Shown here piece by piece: positions 61,241 to 64,000 of a DNA stretch of 64,000 nt; the first letter of the stretch is position 1; every line of letters begins with the position of its first letter. The position numbers and the translations under genes are program-made. The stretch covers positions 1,178,001 through 1,242,000 of the forward strand of contig NC_043000.1 of the NCBI RefSeq assembly GCF_006345805.1, read 5' to 3'. The stretch comes from Octopus sinensis (Eukaryota). Below the pieces are notes generated by a model that had not been told where the DNA came from, did not search any database, and saw only the letters and a program-made list of their open reading frames with translations.

Positions 61241-64000
61241 ATACATACCGACGATGAATCAGATGACGATACACATGCACTCGAAATGATCACTGCAAAT
61301 AATTCCCGCGTGCACAAAATCGAAAAGTTCAAGACTCCAAAAGACATTTGGACGGTCGAACTAAAAGTGAACAACTCGAATGTAACATTCAAAATAGATA
61401 CAGGAGCAGACGTAACCGTACTGCCATTCAGAGAATATAGAAATATAATTCCAAAACCACAACTGCAAAAAACCTCAACTCGATTATCAGCTTATAATAA
61501 CACAGCTATAAAAGTGCTAGGAAAATGCACAGCAGTCATTAAATACAAAGAATTATCAAAGCAAATAAAATTCATTGTTGCAAAAACAAACTCGCACGCA
61601 GTTATAGATGCAAAGACAGCTAAAGATCTGAACCTAATTCAGAGAATTTCAAAAATAAATTCGTCGAACACAAACGACATATTAGAAAAATATGAAGACT
61701 GTTTCGGAGAAATCGGCACTTTGTCAATAACACATCATATCACAGTGGATCCACAAATAACTCCTGTAATTCATCCACCAAGATCGGTTCCTTTCTCTAT
61801 AAAAGAAAAACTCAACAAAGAATTAAAAAGAATGACAGAATTAGATATCATAAAACCTGTTAGTGAACCTACAGACTGGGTAAATTCCTAGTCATCGTTG
61901 AAAAAGCCAACGGAAAACTCCGACTCTGTTTAGACCCCAAGAATCTAAACAAAGCCATAAAAAGGCAACATTTCAAACTCCCTACAGCGGAGGACATTTT
62001 TGCACAAATGCATAACCCTAAATATTTTTCAAAACTCGATGCATCTAATGGATACTGGCAAATTCCAGTTGACGAAGAAAGCTCCCATCTTTTAACGTTC
62101 AAACACCCTTTTGGAAGGTATCGCTTCACACGACTACCCTTTGGAATTCACAGCGCCAGTGAAGTTTTCCAAAAAGAAATTTCAAAAATAATAGAGGGCA
62201 TAGAAGGAGCAAGAAATTCACAGGATGACATCATAATCTGGTCCAACACTTTAGAAGAACACACAAATAGACTACAACAAGTTTTCGATCGAATCCGAAA
62301 GCACGGATTAAAGTTAAATAAATCAAAGTGTATCTTCTATGAATCACAAATCAAGTACCTTGGGCATATATTAACCAGCGAAGGGATAAAACAAGATCCA
62401 ACCAAGGTACAAGCAATCATTCACATGTCACTGCCAACAAGTAAAAAGAATTACAAAGATTCCTAGGTATGACAAATTACCTATGTAAATTTTTATCTAA
62501 TTACTCCGAAGTCACAGCACCATTGCGCCAGCTTCTACAGAGTGACACGTTATGGTCATTCGACAAACCACAAATCGAAGCAATAAAAAAGCTAAAAGAA
62601 ATGATTACCAGAAAAACAGTGCTACAATTTTATGATCCAGATCTACCAATAAAAATAACTACAGATGCTAGTAAGCATGGGCTCGGAGCGATACTTGAGC
62701 AGAAAACACAACGAAAGATGGCTACCTTTTCGTTTGCATCTCGTGCAACAACTCAAGCGGAACAAAACTACTGTCCGATAGAGAGCGAAGCTCTCAGTAT
62801 AGTTTTCGCATGCAAGAAATTTCATCAGTTTATATACGGAACTCATTTCAGAATCGAAAATGACCATAAACCGTTGAAGCAAATATTCAAAAAATCGATC
62901 ACTAAATGCCCCCCCCCCCAGAATCCAAAGATTTCTACTAACATTACAAAGATATGATTTTGACCTAAACCACATACCTGGTAAAGAATCAATTGTTGCA
63001 GATACCCTATCACGTGCATACCTTGAGCAAAATACTCCAGAAGTATCAGACGAAGATATGAAATCGCACATTCATGCAGTAATAAAAAATTACCCCATAA
63101 CCGACACTAAATTAAACGAGTATAAAGAAGCCACTGCAGACGACCCGTCTCTACAGACACTCGTCACATTTACAAGAACAGAATGGCCCCCAAAAGACAA
63201 AATACCAATAAACATCAAACCATTCGTATCTGTTCGTGATGAAATATCAATCGTCAATGGTCTCGTTCTAAAAGGTTCAAGAATAATTGTACCTAAGTCA
63301 TTACGTAGAGAAGCTCTACAGGAAATACATACCGGACACATGGGTATCGAAAAATGCATAGAGAGAGCCAAGGAATGTATATACTGGCCCGGCATTAACG
63401 CTCAAATCAAGACATGATAACACATGCTCATACTGCATTGACTACAAAAATCAACAAGCAGCCGAACCACTAATAAATCATGAAATACTACTACCACCAT
63501 GGACCAAAGTGGGTACAGACGTATTTCACCTGTCTGGAAATTCGTATGTCACAATTATTGACTATACACAAGATTTTTGATCTACACGAATAAATGATTG
63601 CCAGTCAAAAACCGTAATCAAATTAAAAGAAACTTTTGCTAAATTCGGAATTCCGCAAACAGTTGTAAGTGACAACGGTCCAGAATTCAATTCGGCTGCT
63701 GAATTCAAAAAATTTGCAAAAAATTGGCATTTTCATCACACGAAGACAAGCCCGCATTATCATCAAGCGAATGGCATGGTTGAGAGAAATATACAGACAA
63801 TAAAAAAGACGCTAAAAAAGGCATTCAAAAGTGGCGAAGAACCTCAGTTAGCGCTCTTAGCATTACGCACGACTAAATACAAAATGGTGCACCATCCCCG
63901 CAAATCAAATAATGAATAGAACATTGCGAACAAATCTCCCAAACATATTACACGACAGATTGGTATCAGGCCTCACGAAGAAGAAATCAAACATTACAAC
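61178..64000 (+). pseudogene. pol: Pol (protease, RT, RNase H, integrase), frameshifted and truncated by the window end
   Basis: FKIDTGAD; FSKLDASNGYWQ, RLPFG, SQDD; TDASKHGLGA, NYCPIESEAL, NDHKPL; HTGHMGIEKC..RAKE.IYWPG; VVSDNGPEF, SPHYHQANGMVER. Confidence 0.95.

Overview
This is AT-rich, repeat-saturated animal genomic DNA. It is very probably an octopus or other coleoid, inferred from the tRNA-derived SINE families, the GATA/CA/TA/TAA microsatellite load and the HINE-like elements; no database search was run. I see no rRNA, true tRNA, CRISPR array or operon, and no complete host gene; one candidate coding exon lies at 30.2 kb. Nearly all ORFs in the supplied track are microsatellite or SINE artefacts. 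Recognisable transposon coding sequence: a Ty3/Gypsy (Mag-like) LTR retrotransposon running off the right end (5' LTR, tRNA-Leu PBS, gag, PR, RT, RH, IN); a full-length IR/DR Tc1 element (DD34E); an internally deleted mariner; a GC-rich hAT transposase relic; and R4/Dong, RTE and CR1/L2 LINE fragments. Non-coding mobile DNA includes three main SINE groups (called A, B and C/D here), about 10 Helitron/Helentron-type non-autonomous elements, several MITEs with verifiable TSDs and a solo LTR. The most interesting items are: (1) hammerhead-ribozyme folds, including a two-copy family with a co-varying stem II and a three-copy family with non-canonical cores; (2) a SINE that recurs as head plus n x 184-bp concatemers with one fixed junction; (3) a combinatorial body-by-tail SINE system; (4) a Helentron-type element present both as a single unit and as a ~12 x 131-bp satellite. 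There is a 100-N assembly gap at 47560-47659.
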